Counted from the first letter of the stretch, positions 1 to 11,488 are shown. The stretch is DNA of 48,351 nt from Octopus bimaculoides (GCF_001194135.2 NC_069000.1:9553365-9601715), one strand, 5' to 3'. Program-made: numbers and translations. The notes: generated by a model not told the origin, from the sequence alone.

Positions 1-40
1 AGCGGACGTTAAACGATGATGATGATGATGATGATGATGA
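1..40 (+). mobile_element. 3' tail of an abundant SINE (GCGGACGTTAAACGATGATGATG), truncated by the window edge
   Basis: The same tail occurs at about 15775-15795 (plus) and 30395-30430 (minus). Confidence 0.7.
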
Positions 41-254
41 TATATCTAAGTCACAATAAAGTGTATATTAACCTTGTTGCATTTAGGCTACTAACTAGCT
101 ATTGGACCTGGCCTTGCTTGTGTTTTCCCTGTTGAAGTTAAGCCCACCTCAGACTGTTGAAATTTTACACATGATTACAGTCCATGTCCATTAGTTGATG
201 CCAGCTCTGGGATTAAGTTAAAACCTTTACCGTCTCCCCAACCACAGAATTTAC

Positions 255-714
255 CTAAATCTTAAATTTCTTTAAAATCGGATGAAAAATATAAAAGTTA
301 CAGCCAAAAATAAAATTCCTGTGGGTAGCACGCAAAAAGCCTATTGATTTTATAAAATCACTGCTCAGGCGCAATTATCGATTTTTTTGTCAATGCCATA
401 TACTGATGTCAACTCACTGCCATGAACCTTGCTCACTCATTGATTTTCATCAAAATTGGACAAAAAATGTAAAAGCTGCAGGAAAAATAACATCGTTATG
501 GGAATTTCCATTCAAACGCCTGACTGAGCTCACAAAAATCAATGCCAACTGAGCATTATTGAGTTTTTGAAAGATTCCGGCCTTATTTGAACTTCAGGGC
601 ATGTGATCTACTTATGTGCCAAAAATCATTAAAATTGGTTGGATGGTGTGGGAGGAGTTAGAGTAACCCCAAACACACACACAGACATCATTACACATTT
701 ATGCATACAGATAG
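255..714 (+). mobile_element. Helitron/Helentron-associated non-autonomous element (HINE/Lep1-like)
   Basis: The 3' segment TGTGCCAAAAATCATTAAAATTGGTTGG..GGAGGAGTTAG..CACACACAGAC..ATTTATGCATACAGATAG resembles the conserved HINE/DINE-1-type end. Internal subrepeat AAAAT(C/T)GGA..AAAAT(A/G)TAAAAG at about 275 and about 452. Confidence 0.45.
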
Positions 715-746
715 TGTTGGATATATCGCTGCATACATACAAAACT

Positions 747-900
747 GGTGAAGCTGTGCGGCTTAGTGGTTAGAGTACTTGGCTCACGATCATAAGGTTG
801 TGAGTTCAATCCCCAGCTACATGTTGTGTCCTTGAGTAAGACATTATTTCATGTGGTTCTAGTTCACTCATCTGGCAAAAATGAGTTGTCCCTATAATTC
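747..900 (+). mobile_element. tRNA-derived SINE head (not a tRNA gene)
   Basis: A-box-like GGCTTAGTGGT (760-770), B-box-like GAGTTCAATCC (802-812), then GTGTCCTTGAGTAAGACA. Related copies at about 3660-3875 (minus), 21870, 24822, 31405, 42885 and 43430. Confidence 0.7.
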
Positions 901-999
901 TGTTAGAACCACTGGTCTAACAGAATATAGAAGATATCCAACCCATTTCATCGAGCTTCAAAGGCAAGAAAAAATATTACAAAAAAGGAAAACACTAAC

Positions 1000-1070
1000 C
1001 TTCATTTTTTCACCAACAACCTTGTTGCATTGATTTCTGAGTTTATTCAGGTGATCTGCTCTGAACCGTA
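1000..1070 (-). CDS. SARS1: Seryl-tRNA synthetase, coding exon 2 (gene continues beyond the left edge)
   Basis: TAG acceptor at 1072-1071; 71-nt exon (L)RFRADHLNKLRNQCNKVVGEKMK, in phase with exon 1; GTTAGT donor at 999. Matches human [23 protein letters not shown]. Confidence 0.95.
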
Positions 1071-3978
1071 CTATCAATAGTAGAACACCGCATAAAATGA
1101 GATAATTGAAATATTTGAAGTTGTACAGTTGGTTGCAGAAAAGAAATTTACAGGTAAAAATCAATAAAGTATTGTGCGAAATGACATGCTAAGGTTAATT
1201 TCGCTTCTAATCTTAGCGGTTTGGTAAAATAAGCATCAGGCAAATATGGAGGAGATGTTACTGACAATAGTTTTGCCCTAAAAATTCATAAATTTGTGGC
1301 CAAGCGCTGACATTAAAAATCACTATTAGAATCTAAGGGTAGCAGAAATGGTAGAGAACCAGACGAAATATTATGGAGTATTTACTCTTGCATTTCTATG
1401 TCCTAAGTTCAAATCTTACCCCAGGATCAATAAAATAAGCACCAAGCATATACTGGAGTCTGTTTAATCAACAACAATGTTTTCCCCTACAGCTTGTGAT
1501 CTTACAGTAATGAGATAAATCATCATTATCATCAAAAACAAACTGATCAATATGTAAAGTAGATGTAAATATTAAACATAAAATTTTCACAAGCAAAAAC
1601 AAGGCTGATAGTCCATAAATAATTTTTTGAACAATTCATCACAGATATTTAACGTTAAGTATTTTCATGTGCTCAATTTATTTAGGCTGACTACTTTCTT
1701 ACAAAACTGGTTTTGTGCCTAGTCGAATGAAAGATATGTTCAATAACTTGGAGATAAGCACTTAAAACACAATCAGAAAGCTTCCAAACAAATTGCATAA
1801 CCTGCTACAATAGTGTCATGTCTTCTTTCAATTAATCCCTTTCTGTCTTAACTACAAAACCTATTTATTGATATACCTAAGACGTAAGCTGAGCATTTGT
1901 TTTTATTGTAGAAGGCTTGTAAATTACGCAGTCATAGCTAAAGAAAGCTTGCATTCTTTAGTTTGTAACCTCCTAATATTGAATAAGCATATCACACACT
2001 AATAATGTGCTTAAAAAGTAGTGAAAAATTATGCCACTTCTGATGCACTACATTGCAAAGTCACCTCCAAGCAGCTAATTGCTGCAGAGCTATCAGGCTG
2101 CATAAACAAATTTAACCTGAGCATTTTAACAAGGAAACTAGATATAAACTTGGCAAATGTTAACCGATCAATAATATAAATGTCCTATCTGTAGATGGTG
2201 CTTTTCAGGTCATCTTTCACTCTTGTTTCTTATCCAAATCCCCACCAAAACCTTTTGAGCCTTAAAACAAATATATATAACACTGTAAAACTGAACATGC
2301 TGAGTGCAATAAAAAGCTTAGCTGTCACTTGTGAGTATGACTAGATAGCCTGTACTATGCTTTTACTAACTGTTTATAATAATAAATAAGAGTTCTCAGC
2401 TCAGAATTGTATGTAACTGTCAAGAGCAAATAAATCTGGAATGATTTTGAGGTATTTGTTAATGTTTCTGTTAATGTACTGAGTGAAATAGTCTGAAAAT
2501 ATCAGATTTCCTTTCACAGTAAGTGAAAGGATTTCAGACTTCTGATTTGGAATGAATTTTCTTTCAGAGCTATCTTAAGGCCTGCATCCGTCAAGCAGTT
2601 TTTCTAGGCAGTCCAACAGGTCTAGCAGCTCAATGCCAATTTAAGTATGCTGTGGTTGTATATGCAGAGGCCTCCAGTGTATAATTTTGTCCATGGGCTC
2701 TACAACACTGTTAAGGTGACCCTGTCTGAGGTTTTGTGCTTTTTTGAGCAACTGGTGTTTAGTAGCAGATTCTGTAGTTTTTCTTTTCTCTTGTCATTGT
2801 AAGGAACAATGCAAACAGGGAGTCATATTGGGCCAAGTTTTCAAAGATTCCTCACACACATAAAATAGCATATCCTTCATTCTTTGTTATATTGAGAAAA
2901 TCTCCAGCTTTCAATCCCTCTCAAGAATCTTTGCCTTCAAGGGAACATAATTCAGATGCTACTGATCTTTGCATATTTTCAAGAATTGCTGTCTTTTTTT
3001 CATATTGTGTAGAACAATACTGAAGTAGAATCATGCTTTCGGTACAATGTATTTACTGTGACTTTGTTTCTCAATATAAAGGTTCTAAGCATCCGACTAA
3101 ATTTTCATCTGGTCTGAAGGATAGTAAGCCTTCAGTGAACCAACTATGAAGTCTTGTACAATAATTCCATTGGCATCTAGGCAGTCTTATACATATATCT
3201 TTTATCTGATACTTATAATGGGGCACCACCTTGAAGAAATTTTAATTGAAGGAATCGACCCCAGCACTAATTTTTTAAGGCTGGTACTTATTCTATCACT
3301 CTCTTTTGCCAAAGCCCTAGATTATGGGGACATAAACACAAGCACTAGTGGGGAACAAACATACACACATACATATATTTATCTAGTGGGGGAACAAAAT
3401 TAATGACCAGGGCGATGGATACTGTTGTGTAGGAGTCCGTTTTCTGGAGAATTGAAGCAGCAAAATTACCTTATCTTGTGTTACTCATTTTGCCCCGGCC
3501 AATTTTGTCTTTTATATTGCTCAAAGAGAACGGTGATAAATTTCTTAAATAGTGATCAAATTAAGTTACAATGCTTTTAAGGAAGGCCATTTGCTTAGCT
3601 GATATATAGTTTTTCTAAGATAGTGAACATTTGTAAACGAATATATTTTGTCTCAGAGTCAAAAAATGCAGGAAAAACTCCTCGTTGTGCCCCACATACA
3701 TGTGTGTGTGTACGACAAGATTGTTTCAGTTTCCGTCGACCAAATCCACTCACAAAGCTTTGGTCAGCCAGTGGTAATAGTAGAAGACACTTGCCCAAGA
3801 TGCTACGCAGTGGGACTGAACCCGGAACCATGTGGTTAGGAGACAAGCTTCTTACCACACAGCCACGCCTGCACCTATATGTTAAAGAAATTATTATTTC
3901 TTAAGTCTTTTTTGATTTACAAATCTGTGAGAGTATGGATGCTATGAAGAACCTATTTCGAAAGAGTACTGGTTTGAT

Positions 3979-4469
3979 GGTAGAGATGGACTATATGTAA
4001 TCTGAACCTCCCCCCCCCCTACTTATTTATTAATTTTTTTTTTACGGAATCCCACGTTTTAGGCTATGGAGATTCCGATTCTGAAAAAAAAATTTTTGAA
4101 AAATTTCAATTCCTCNNNNNNNNNNNNNNNNNNNNNNNNNNNNNNNNNNNNNNNNNNNNNNNNNNNNNNNNNNNNNNNNNNNNNNNNNNNNNNNNNNNNN
4201 NNNNNNNNNNNNNNNNNNNNNNNNNNNNNNNNNNNNNNNNNNNNNNNNNNNNNNNNNNNNNNNNNNNNNNNNNNNNNNNNNNNNNNNNNNNNNNNNNNNN
4301 NNNNNNNNNNNNNNNNNNNGGGGGGATCGAAATTTTGAAATTGAGATTTTTGAAAATTTTTTTTCAGAATCGGAATCTCCATAGCCTAAAACGTGGGATT
4401 CCGTAAAAAAAAAAAAAAAATTTTAAAGGGGGGGGGGTATACCCAGATTACATATACTCCATCTCCACC
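3979..4469. mobile_element. Foldback/MITE with long TIRs and an 8-bp TSD (Merlin- or MULE-like), centre unassembled
   Basis: Ends GGTAGAGATGG... and ...CCATCTCCACC. The arms share a near-identical core (TTACGGAATCCCACGTTTTAGGCTATGGAGATTCCGATTCTGAAAAAAA). Identical GGTTTGAT at 3971-3978 and 4470-4477. N gap at 4116-4319. Confidence 0.85.
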
Positions 4470-5117
4470 GGTTTGATATTTTGAGTGAGAATCTTGTGCA
4501 CTACTTGAAAATGTAAACACAAATAACAGGAGCTACTAAAGAATAAACGAATGAAAGAGAGAGAGAGAGAGAAAAAAAATCAACATCTGGAATTTGACAC
4601 GGCAGCTGTTTGTCATATATTTACGTAGCCCTGTGTGGCTAATAAAGAAAGTTATAGTAATTTGAATGTATCTCGTTAGTCTAGGCTTGTGGTAGAGTTG
4701 AACCTTAGTTAACAGAACCCGAGGTTCTTTATTATCTATTTATATCAACCAAAGAAAACTACGAAAAGGATGAAATTTACCATATTATTATCAATCATGG
4801 AGTTATATATTAAAATACCATTAGAAAGATGATGTTAGAACTCCTTAAAATTCTTTTTATATTAAAATTTAATGCAAAGAGAGAAATGTATATGTGAATG
4901 AAAAAACATTTTTTCATAAAATAACGACCATACATTGAAAATAATATTTATTAAAATTAAGCTGACGTTAAATTTAATATAATGCATCTCTTAAATTCAT
5001 TAGGTGTAGTATGAGAAATGAAAATATTCCGAGGATAACTTAGCAGGTACAAGAGAATGATGCAATACGGACGGCGAAATGAAATTAGCAAATGCTTTTT
5101 ATCAATCAATTACTTAC

Positions 5118-5253
5118 ATTTTCTCCATTGTTTGTCGTTTTCCGACACTTCATCAACTAGGCTTACATCTTTAAATCGCTTTATTTGATTTTGACGAATT
5201 CTTTCAGGATCACCGCCTTTATCGGCACGGAATAGTTCCAAGTCTAAAACCAT
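5118..5253 (-). CDS. SARS1: Seryl-tRNA synthetase (cytoplasmic), coding exon 1
   Basis: Translates to [45 protein letters not shown], matching the eukaryotic SerRS N-terminus (human MVLDLDLFRVDKGGDP...KRFKD). ATG at 5253; 136 nt; followed by a GTAAGT donor at 5117 (phase 1). Confidence 0.96.
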
Positions 5254-5324
5254 GGTTGTTACTACAGGTGCTTCTTTCCAAGCAGAATTGTAACAATGCT
5301 TGCAACGAGATGACAGAGAAGTGA

Positions 5325-5416
5325 AAGGGGGAGGCAAGCCGGCGGAGGGGAATAGTGAGAGTAGATACTATAAAGTAAGTCTTAATTGCGCATGCCTCTA
5401 AATATGTACTTCCGGT
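5325..5416. promoter_or_regulatory. Proximal promoter motifs between SARS1 and GLO1 (GC boxes, NRF1-like, ETS)
   Basis: GGGGGAGGC / GGCGGAGGGG at about 5327-5350; TGCGCATGC at 5387-5395 (partial NRF1 site); ACTTCCGG at 5408-5415 (ETS/GABP core). These lie 75-160 nt upstream of the SARS ATG in the 1.1-kb divergent interval. Confidence 0.5.
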
Positions 5417-5649
5417 TGCAATTACGTTTTCATGTTTTTGCAGATGAATTAGAAGGATCGTTTCTCTAAGACCACTTAATAATAATATAGTATAGATTAA
5501 TGAAAAACACAGATAAAATTTCACTTGAATAAGGTAAAAAGCATACTGGATAATGTGTCTTTTCCTTATTCAAAAGAACGGGATGATTACTGATTATAGA
5601 TTTGGTCTACTCAATCATTTTTCAGTTGAATAGTGGACAATAATTAATC

Positions 5650-5940
5650 CTACTGTAGGTACAAGGCCTGAAATTTTGAGGGAGGGGTGCTAGTCGATTA
5701 CATCGACCTCAGTGCTCGACTGGTACTTATTTTACCGACTCCAAAAGGACGAAAGCAAATTCGAGCTGCGAAAAGTTCGCGTTTTTGTGATATGTCAATG
5801 CAGTAAGGCACGGATCGTTATAGTGTCGGAGTAAAGGATGTGTGTATTTACGGTTCTGAGTTCAAATACAGTTAGGGATCAGATTTGCTTTTATCCTTCT
5901 CTGACGACAAGGACTTGGCAATTATAGGAGTCGATTTTAT
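5650..5940. mobile_element. SINE fragments of the GGCACAAGGCCTGAAATTTT family inside the SARS1-GLO1 intergenic region
   Basis: GGTACAAGGCCTGAAATTTTGAGGGAGGGG..AGTCGATT..CTGGTACTTATTTT; the same family occurs at about 11815-12035, 14370-14530, 18800-19070 and 40975-41125. Confidence 0.7.
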
Positions 5941-6362
5941 TTCTATAGTGCATTTTAGATACAAATGTAATTATATTCTGAAATCTCGTGCCGACAGGTT
6001 AGCATCAGAGTAGCTTAAATATTAGAAAAAAAAATTGTGTTAGACTGCCAGGTTTTTCTTTTCTCTTTCTTTTCGCAATAAATAACGGGTCAATCACTTA
6101 GTCACTACACCGGTGATAAAAGAATAATTTTCCCAATACATTTTTTTGTTTGTTTTTGTTAATAAAACGAAACAAAGAATGACGAGTGATTATAGTATGA
6201 ATCTACTGTAATCTATTTCAAACACTGCTCGGGGTCATTCATATCAGCTAATGCCAGTGAAAGAGTTCAGAGTTATCTCCCTTGAATTCAAGTAAAATTC
6301 ACTCGTCATCTTATCACGGTAACAGCAAGAAGCACTTTGTCGTGTTAACTCTAACAATCACC

Positions 6363-6425
6363 ATGGCTGCTTTGTCGAACGAAGAAATGCTGGCTGCTCT
6401 TCACCAGCCTGATCCAGCTACCAAA
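6363..6425 (+). CDS. GLO1: Glyoxalase I (lactoylglutathione lyase), coding exon 1 of 6
   Basis: ccATGG start; MAALSNEEMLAALHQPDPATK; GTAAGC donor at 6426 (phase 0). Resembles the human ...CCSDADPSTK exon end. Confidence 0.88.
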
Positions 6426-7413
6426 GTAAGCTGTAAAATAAATATTTCATTTCATATCTGTTCATAATATTATCCGTAATATTTCTTTCTTTTGTTTATA
6501 TAGGTTAGGGAGCCTGAAGTCAGCTTGCCCTAACCTATATTGGTAAAAGGGGAAAAAAAACTAACTAAACGAACTGAAAAGCTTTAATGTGCTTGTTCGA
6601 CCTGTTTGTAATAGCAGTTAAATCTTATTCAAATCATACCATATGATCTTGGGTAATGAAAGGACGCATTAAATGATGTAGTCCTAGATAGACATCTTGA
6701 AAAAAATGCAGCTTGGTCGCTGCTGGAATGTTCTGTCATTCGGTTGTCAAGGATAAAGAACAATAACACGACACTGAAACAAAAAAAAAAAAAANNNNNN
6801 NNNNAAAAAAAAAAAAAAAAAAGCTGACTAACGGTTTAAGACCTGCCAGGTGTAACACAAATGTACAAATGTGCAGGTCGATTTTTATTATGATGTATCA
6901 TGCAAATCCATCTACTCAACAACTGGAGTTTAAACATATTTCGTCCCATTATCTCCCTCATATACTCTGCTTCTACCGGTGCAAGGCTGCTGTAGCATGC
7001 ACATTATTAAATCAATTTCAATTAATCGCTATGAACTTTGTCTTCATATAGTATATTTAGAGCATGTCAGCCTGGCAGAATCGGCTTTCCTTTCTCCAAG
7101 AGCATTTGAGAAAGGATTTGCTCTCAACATTTTATGTTCACTAAACACGTACTGCCGACCATATTGGTAAGCATTTCCCTTAATGGTACTTACTCGCAGC
7201 AAAATTGTCTGAATTGATATGCATCGGTGACAGGATACAAACTGTCGGTAATCAGACATCATACAGGTCCTGCTAGCTCTGTTTTTAATTGCACTAAAGT
7301 TATTTCATAATAATGCTTTACATGTGTTAATACAGTTTCGCACCACTTACTGCAAAGAAACAAAAAGAGGATTTAATGTAAATGAGGGCGCTTTTGAAGC
7401 TGAAGTTCTATTA

Positions 7414-7736
7414 CAGGGGTTTTCAACTGAGGTCCATATATTTGTGGGAGTCCACGCAAGAAAATAGTTTGTCTACAATAGTATTTTAAGGGGCCCTGAA
7501 AAAAATTTTGCTTTAGTTTTATGTATTGGTATGTATTGCAAGAAACAGCTAGATTTCTTTCTCAAACATTTTACATTGTTCAACCTACACAAGTTAATGT
7601 GAGAGAAACGAAATAGGAATTTTGGAAGAAGTTTCTATTAAACTAGGTTTTGAACAGCGAATGGTTATGGGGGTTCACCAGAATAAAATGGTAATCAAAG
7701 GGGTCCATAGATTAAAAAAATGTTTGAGAACCCCTG
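7414..7736. mobile_element. hAT (Charlie-like) MITE in GLO1 intron 1
   Basis: TIRs CAGGGGTTTTCAAC ... GTTTGAGAACCCCTG; no clean TSD visible. Confidence 0.7.
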
Positions 7737-7969
7737 TGTAAATCCTAACTCTTGTTTATAGCATGTATTGAGTCAATTAACTAATCTCCTTTTCCACTGT
7801 AATTTATGGCCATATGCCAAAATCCTTTTATCATTAGTAATTGGTTTTCAACAAATTAAAATATAATTGGAATGTATTACCAGTGTAAAAACACATGAAC
7901 GTCATCATATTCCAGTCACTCTGTTTTGCCACTAAGAAACTTATACTGTTATCCTAACATTTATTACAG

Positions 7970-8052
7970 GATTTCTTTTATCAACAAACTATGTACCGAG
8001 TCAAAGACCCAAAGGCATCTTTGACATTCTACTCTAAAGTCTTGGGAATGAG
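7970..8052 (+). CDS. GLO1: Glyoxalase I, exon 2
   Basis: CAG acceptor; [27 protein letters not shown](R), containing the QQTM metal-ligand Gln; 83 nt; GTAACT donor. Confidence 0.97.
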
Positions 8053-8332
8053 GTAACTTATATTGTATTATTATTTGAATCTTTCATTTTACTTTGTTTT
8101 CTTTTTATTCACCATCATACAGTAGCAGACCAGATTTGAAAGTGCATAGGTCCCTAAGAGTACTACCTAGCCCTTAGATGGTGTTAGCCACCTATGGGTC
8201 AAGTGGTTGTGTTAAACTGGGCTGCACGATGCCCTGCCATATATAGTAATCACATATGCATTCTTCACAACACTTGTTCTATCACCTGTGTTGCTTTATA
8301 TTCAGTCACAATTGATTGATCTTTCTTTGCAG

Positions 8333-8473
8333 ACTGCTTCATCGGTTTGACTATCCACCATTAAAGTTCAGCTTATTTTTCATGGGTTATGCCAATGAAG
8401 ATGAGATTCCAAAGGATGAAGCTGAGCGGTTTAAATGGTGCATGACCAGCAAGACAGCCATTGAGTTGACCCA
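8333..8473 (+). CDS. GLO1: Glyoxalase I, exon 3
   Basis: CAG acceptor; LLHRFDYPPLKFSLFFMGYANEDEIPKDEAERFKWCMTSKTAIELT(H), with the catalytic/metal Glu in IELTH; 141 nt; GTAAGT donor. Confidence 0.97.
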
Positions 8474-8747
8474 GTAAGTATATTTTCAGTGACCAGTGGT
8501 TGTGTGTAACTTTGTTGTGTCAGTGACCAATGAGAACCATGTAATTTTCTCTGACTTATTCAGTGTTGTATCGTTTTTGAGTGACTTAACCTAGCTGTGT
8601 ATTTGTCTATATGACCAATAGTTGTTTTTTCCTTGTTGTCTGATGTACCCAATCATATGTTGTCATTTTTCTAATAAACTCAATCACACAGCACCATAAT
8701 ACAATATAATCCAATGTTACTTAAAATACATCAATTTCTCTATCTAC

Positions 8748-8794
<47 letters not shown>

Positions 8795-8797
<3 letters not shown>

Positions 8798-8972
8798 TGT
8801 AAATATAATTATAAGCGTAAGCTTATAAGCATTCACCATATATTGCCTATAGAAAACAGTTAATACTGAGGCATATAAGCCCTCAATAGAAAGAAATGGA
8901 TATTCAACTATGTTTTATAGCCAATATACAGTGAACACTTATAGGCTTAAGCTTATTATTATATTTATAGAA
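8795..8972. mobile_element. About 178-bp foldback MITE in GLO1 intron 3, abutting a (TA)n run
   Basis: The left arm TTCTGTAAATATAATTATAAGCGTAAGCTTATAAGCATTCACCATATATTGCCTATAG pairs imperfectly with the reverse complement of the right arm ending ...CTTATTATTATATTTATAGAA. Confidence 0.75.
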
Positions 8973-9317
8973 TTTTCACTTGTCTCTGTTTCTTAACAGA
9001 TGCAGAATGCACACTATATATATATATATATACTTCTGTGTGCCATAATGTTCCCCCTCACCCCGCCAGAGTATCTTAAAATATCCCAATGGGATATTAT
9101 ATATTGTTTCAATATATATGTAACTTATCTCTCTCACTCATTATTCCTCAATGTGCAGTTTTCCTGCAATGTATTCTTTGCTGATCCTGATCTACTTGCA
9201 TTTTCTTTAGCTTCGTATTGGTCTATCATTTTAACTATTTGCTTGTATTTCTGTGTTCAACACTCCATTGTGAAATTCTTCAATGTCTGAGTGAGAAATA
9301 TATTTTTTATTTTGCAG

Positions 9318-9385
9318 CAACTGGGGTTCTGAGACTGATGACAGTGTTCAGTATCATAACGGCAACAGTAGTCCACAGGGATTTG
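9318..9385 (+). CDS. GLO1: Glyoxalase I, exon 4
   Basis: Poly-T plus CAG acceptor; NWGSETDDSVQYHNGNSSPQGF(G); 68 nt; GTAAGT donor. Confidence 0.97.
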
Positions 9386-9935
9386 GTAAGTTTTGATTGG
9401 TTAATTTTGTAAAGCTGTATAAACTAATAGACTGCTCACAAAATCGATGTGTGTCAGCTGGAGTGTTGGTAGTTTATATTCCTGGCAGTGTTCTGCATTT
9501 ATGGCCAACTCGACTGACTTGAACATGAATTTTTGCAGGGGGCCTAGTGCTGTGAATTCATGAGTTACAAACATAATTAAATAAACATGGTGTCTTCCCT
9601 CACAATAGCCAATTTTTTGGTATTTATGTATTCTTTTACTTGTTTCAGTCATTTAACTGTAGCCATGCTGGAGCACCACTTTGAAGGTTTTTTTTAGTTG
9701 ACTTATTCTTTAAGCTTGACGTCTGCAGGTCCTCTGAGACTTGCACATCTGCTTCAAAAAACATTTGCAATGGAGGAAATCTTTGGAAGAAAGAATTGGG
9801 AAAACCAGAGAGATATGGCTGTGAACACTAATTAATCTGGCTCTAGTAATAGCATATCTTGATGGTATAGAAATACTGCTGTGATTTATTTTACTTTGTC
9901 TTTTCCTAATCGTATCTTGTTTTTGTTCTCCTTAG

Positions 9936-10025
9936 GACATATTGGTGTTTGTGTCCCAGATGTTGAAGCTGCCTGTAAAAGGTTTGAAGAGTTAGGCGTG
10001 CCCTTTAAACTCAAACTGAATGCTG
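9936..10025 (+). CDS. GLO1: Glyoxalase I, exon 5
   Basis: TAG acceptor; [29 protein letters not shown](G), with the metal-ligand His; 90 nt; GTAAGA donor. Confidence 0.97.
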
Positions 10026-10685
10026 GTAAGATTACTGCTTATATATCTTCTTCATAATTTAAAGTTCACTTTTCATGTTTGCATGGGTCAGATGCAATTT
10101 GTTGAGGTAGATTTTGTTTTATAGACTAATGCCCTTCCTGTTGCCATGCTCTTACAGGAATGTGTTTAATATGTAAAATTGGTATATCCAATAGTGTTAC
10201 TTTGCTATATTTGGTGGCTGTCTAAGCAATGTGCTTGTGGATGGTTAATTGGTTGGGTATGGTTGTGAAAGAGGAGGAAGGACTCCTCAGATATGCATAT
10301 ACACCCATTATCTATTTTTCTATCTTCGATTACATTGTTTACATTAGACATATTCGGATATGAAACATCCTAACAAATCAGTACTGGCTCTAATTTCTAT
10401 AGAAAAACCTGTAAAGATAACCTTAAAAAGTGATCCATTATGTTATACACATTGTTATAGAAATTACACTGTATACGATTGAAAAGTTTATTTCCCCTCC
10501 TCCTGGAAAAAAAATATGTCATTCTATGAGAAATAAATTAGTTTTAGGGGAATCAGAATATAAAGTAGTTGTTTACCTTCCCTTTATCCATTTTATTTCT
10601 CCTCTTTCCATCTTTTGTTTCTAAACTTTTGTCAAATGTTAAACCTCTGTGTTAATGTTTATATCACATTTCTTTTCTATTCCAG

Positions 10686-10786
10686 GAAAAATCAAAGGGA
10701 TTGCTTTCATCATGGATCCTGATGGTTACTGGGTTGAAATATTTTCTGGTGCAAGTGTTTCAGCTAATATTAACAAAGAGAGCTAA
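10686..10786 (+). CDS. GLO1: Glyoxalase I, exon 6 (stop)
   Basis: CAG acceptor; [32 protein letters not shown] then TAA at 10784-10786; DPDGYWVE signature. The six exons total 546 nt (181 aa plus stop). AATAAA at 11018 and 11198. Confidence 0.96.
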
Positions 10787-11488
10787 AACATTTTTTGTTT
10801 TACTTAAGACATTTTACCACTATGCCAAAAATTAAAGTCTTCCATTGATAATCTTGATATAATATATATTCCTATTCAGAAACTGCCCCTTTTTGTTCAT
10901 ATTTGACTAAGTTGATTCCTTAATTCAACACCTTGTCAAAATCTGCAAAAACTTTAATTGCTTTGCGTTCTTTCAATTTTCTCCAGGAGAGAGGAAATCT
11001 TAGCTGAGAATTTTGTGAATAAATAAAATGACCCCACCCCTTTATTATCATTACAAATTTGATGAAGCCAGTTGATTGGCAAAATTGTTTGTGCATTGGT
11101 AAAATTGCCTTGCAATGTTTGTTCTGGGTCTTTACTAAAGTTCACCACCAAATTTCCAACATTGTGACTAAGAAATTAATTATTACAAGTTTGATACAAT
11201 AAACTATGAGTAACAATTACCAATGTAATTGACATCCAAATGTGTTGCTACAAACACCTTTTTAAGATCTTTTTTAATTACCCAGAAGAATCGTCTGAAC
11301 TTTTTCTTTGTACCCACGTCCTTCAAAGATTTATTTTGATTGAAATAAAAGTAAAAAAAAAAAAAAATATTGATTAATATGTTTGTCTTCTTTTTAATCA
11401 TTATTTACTGCAATCCTCCTCTGTGTCCTTGGTGTTTACTTTAATCTACCTAAATGACAACTTGTTTTTATATATATATATACACACA

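Noticed and set aside
747-830. tRNA-like A/B boxes (also at 21870, 24822, 31405, 42885, 43430)
   Set aside because: No complete cloverleaf or acceptor stem; each continues into a shared repeat body, so these are SINE heads rather than tRNA genes.
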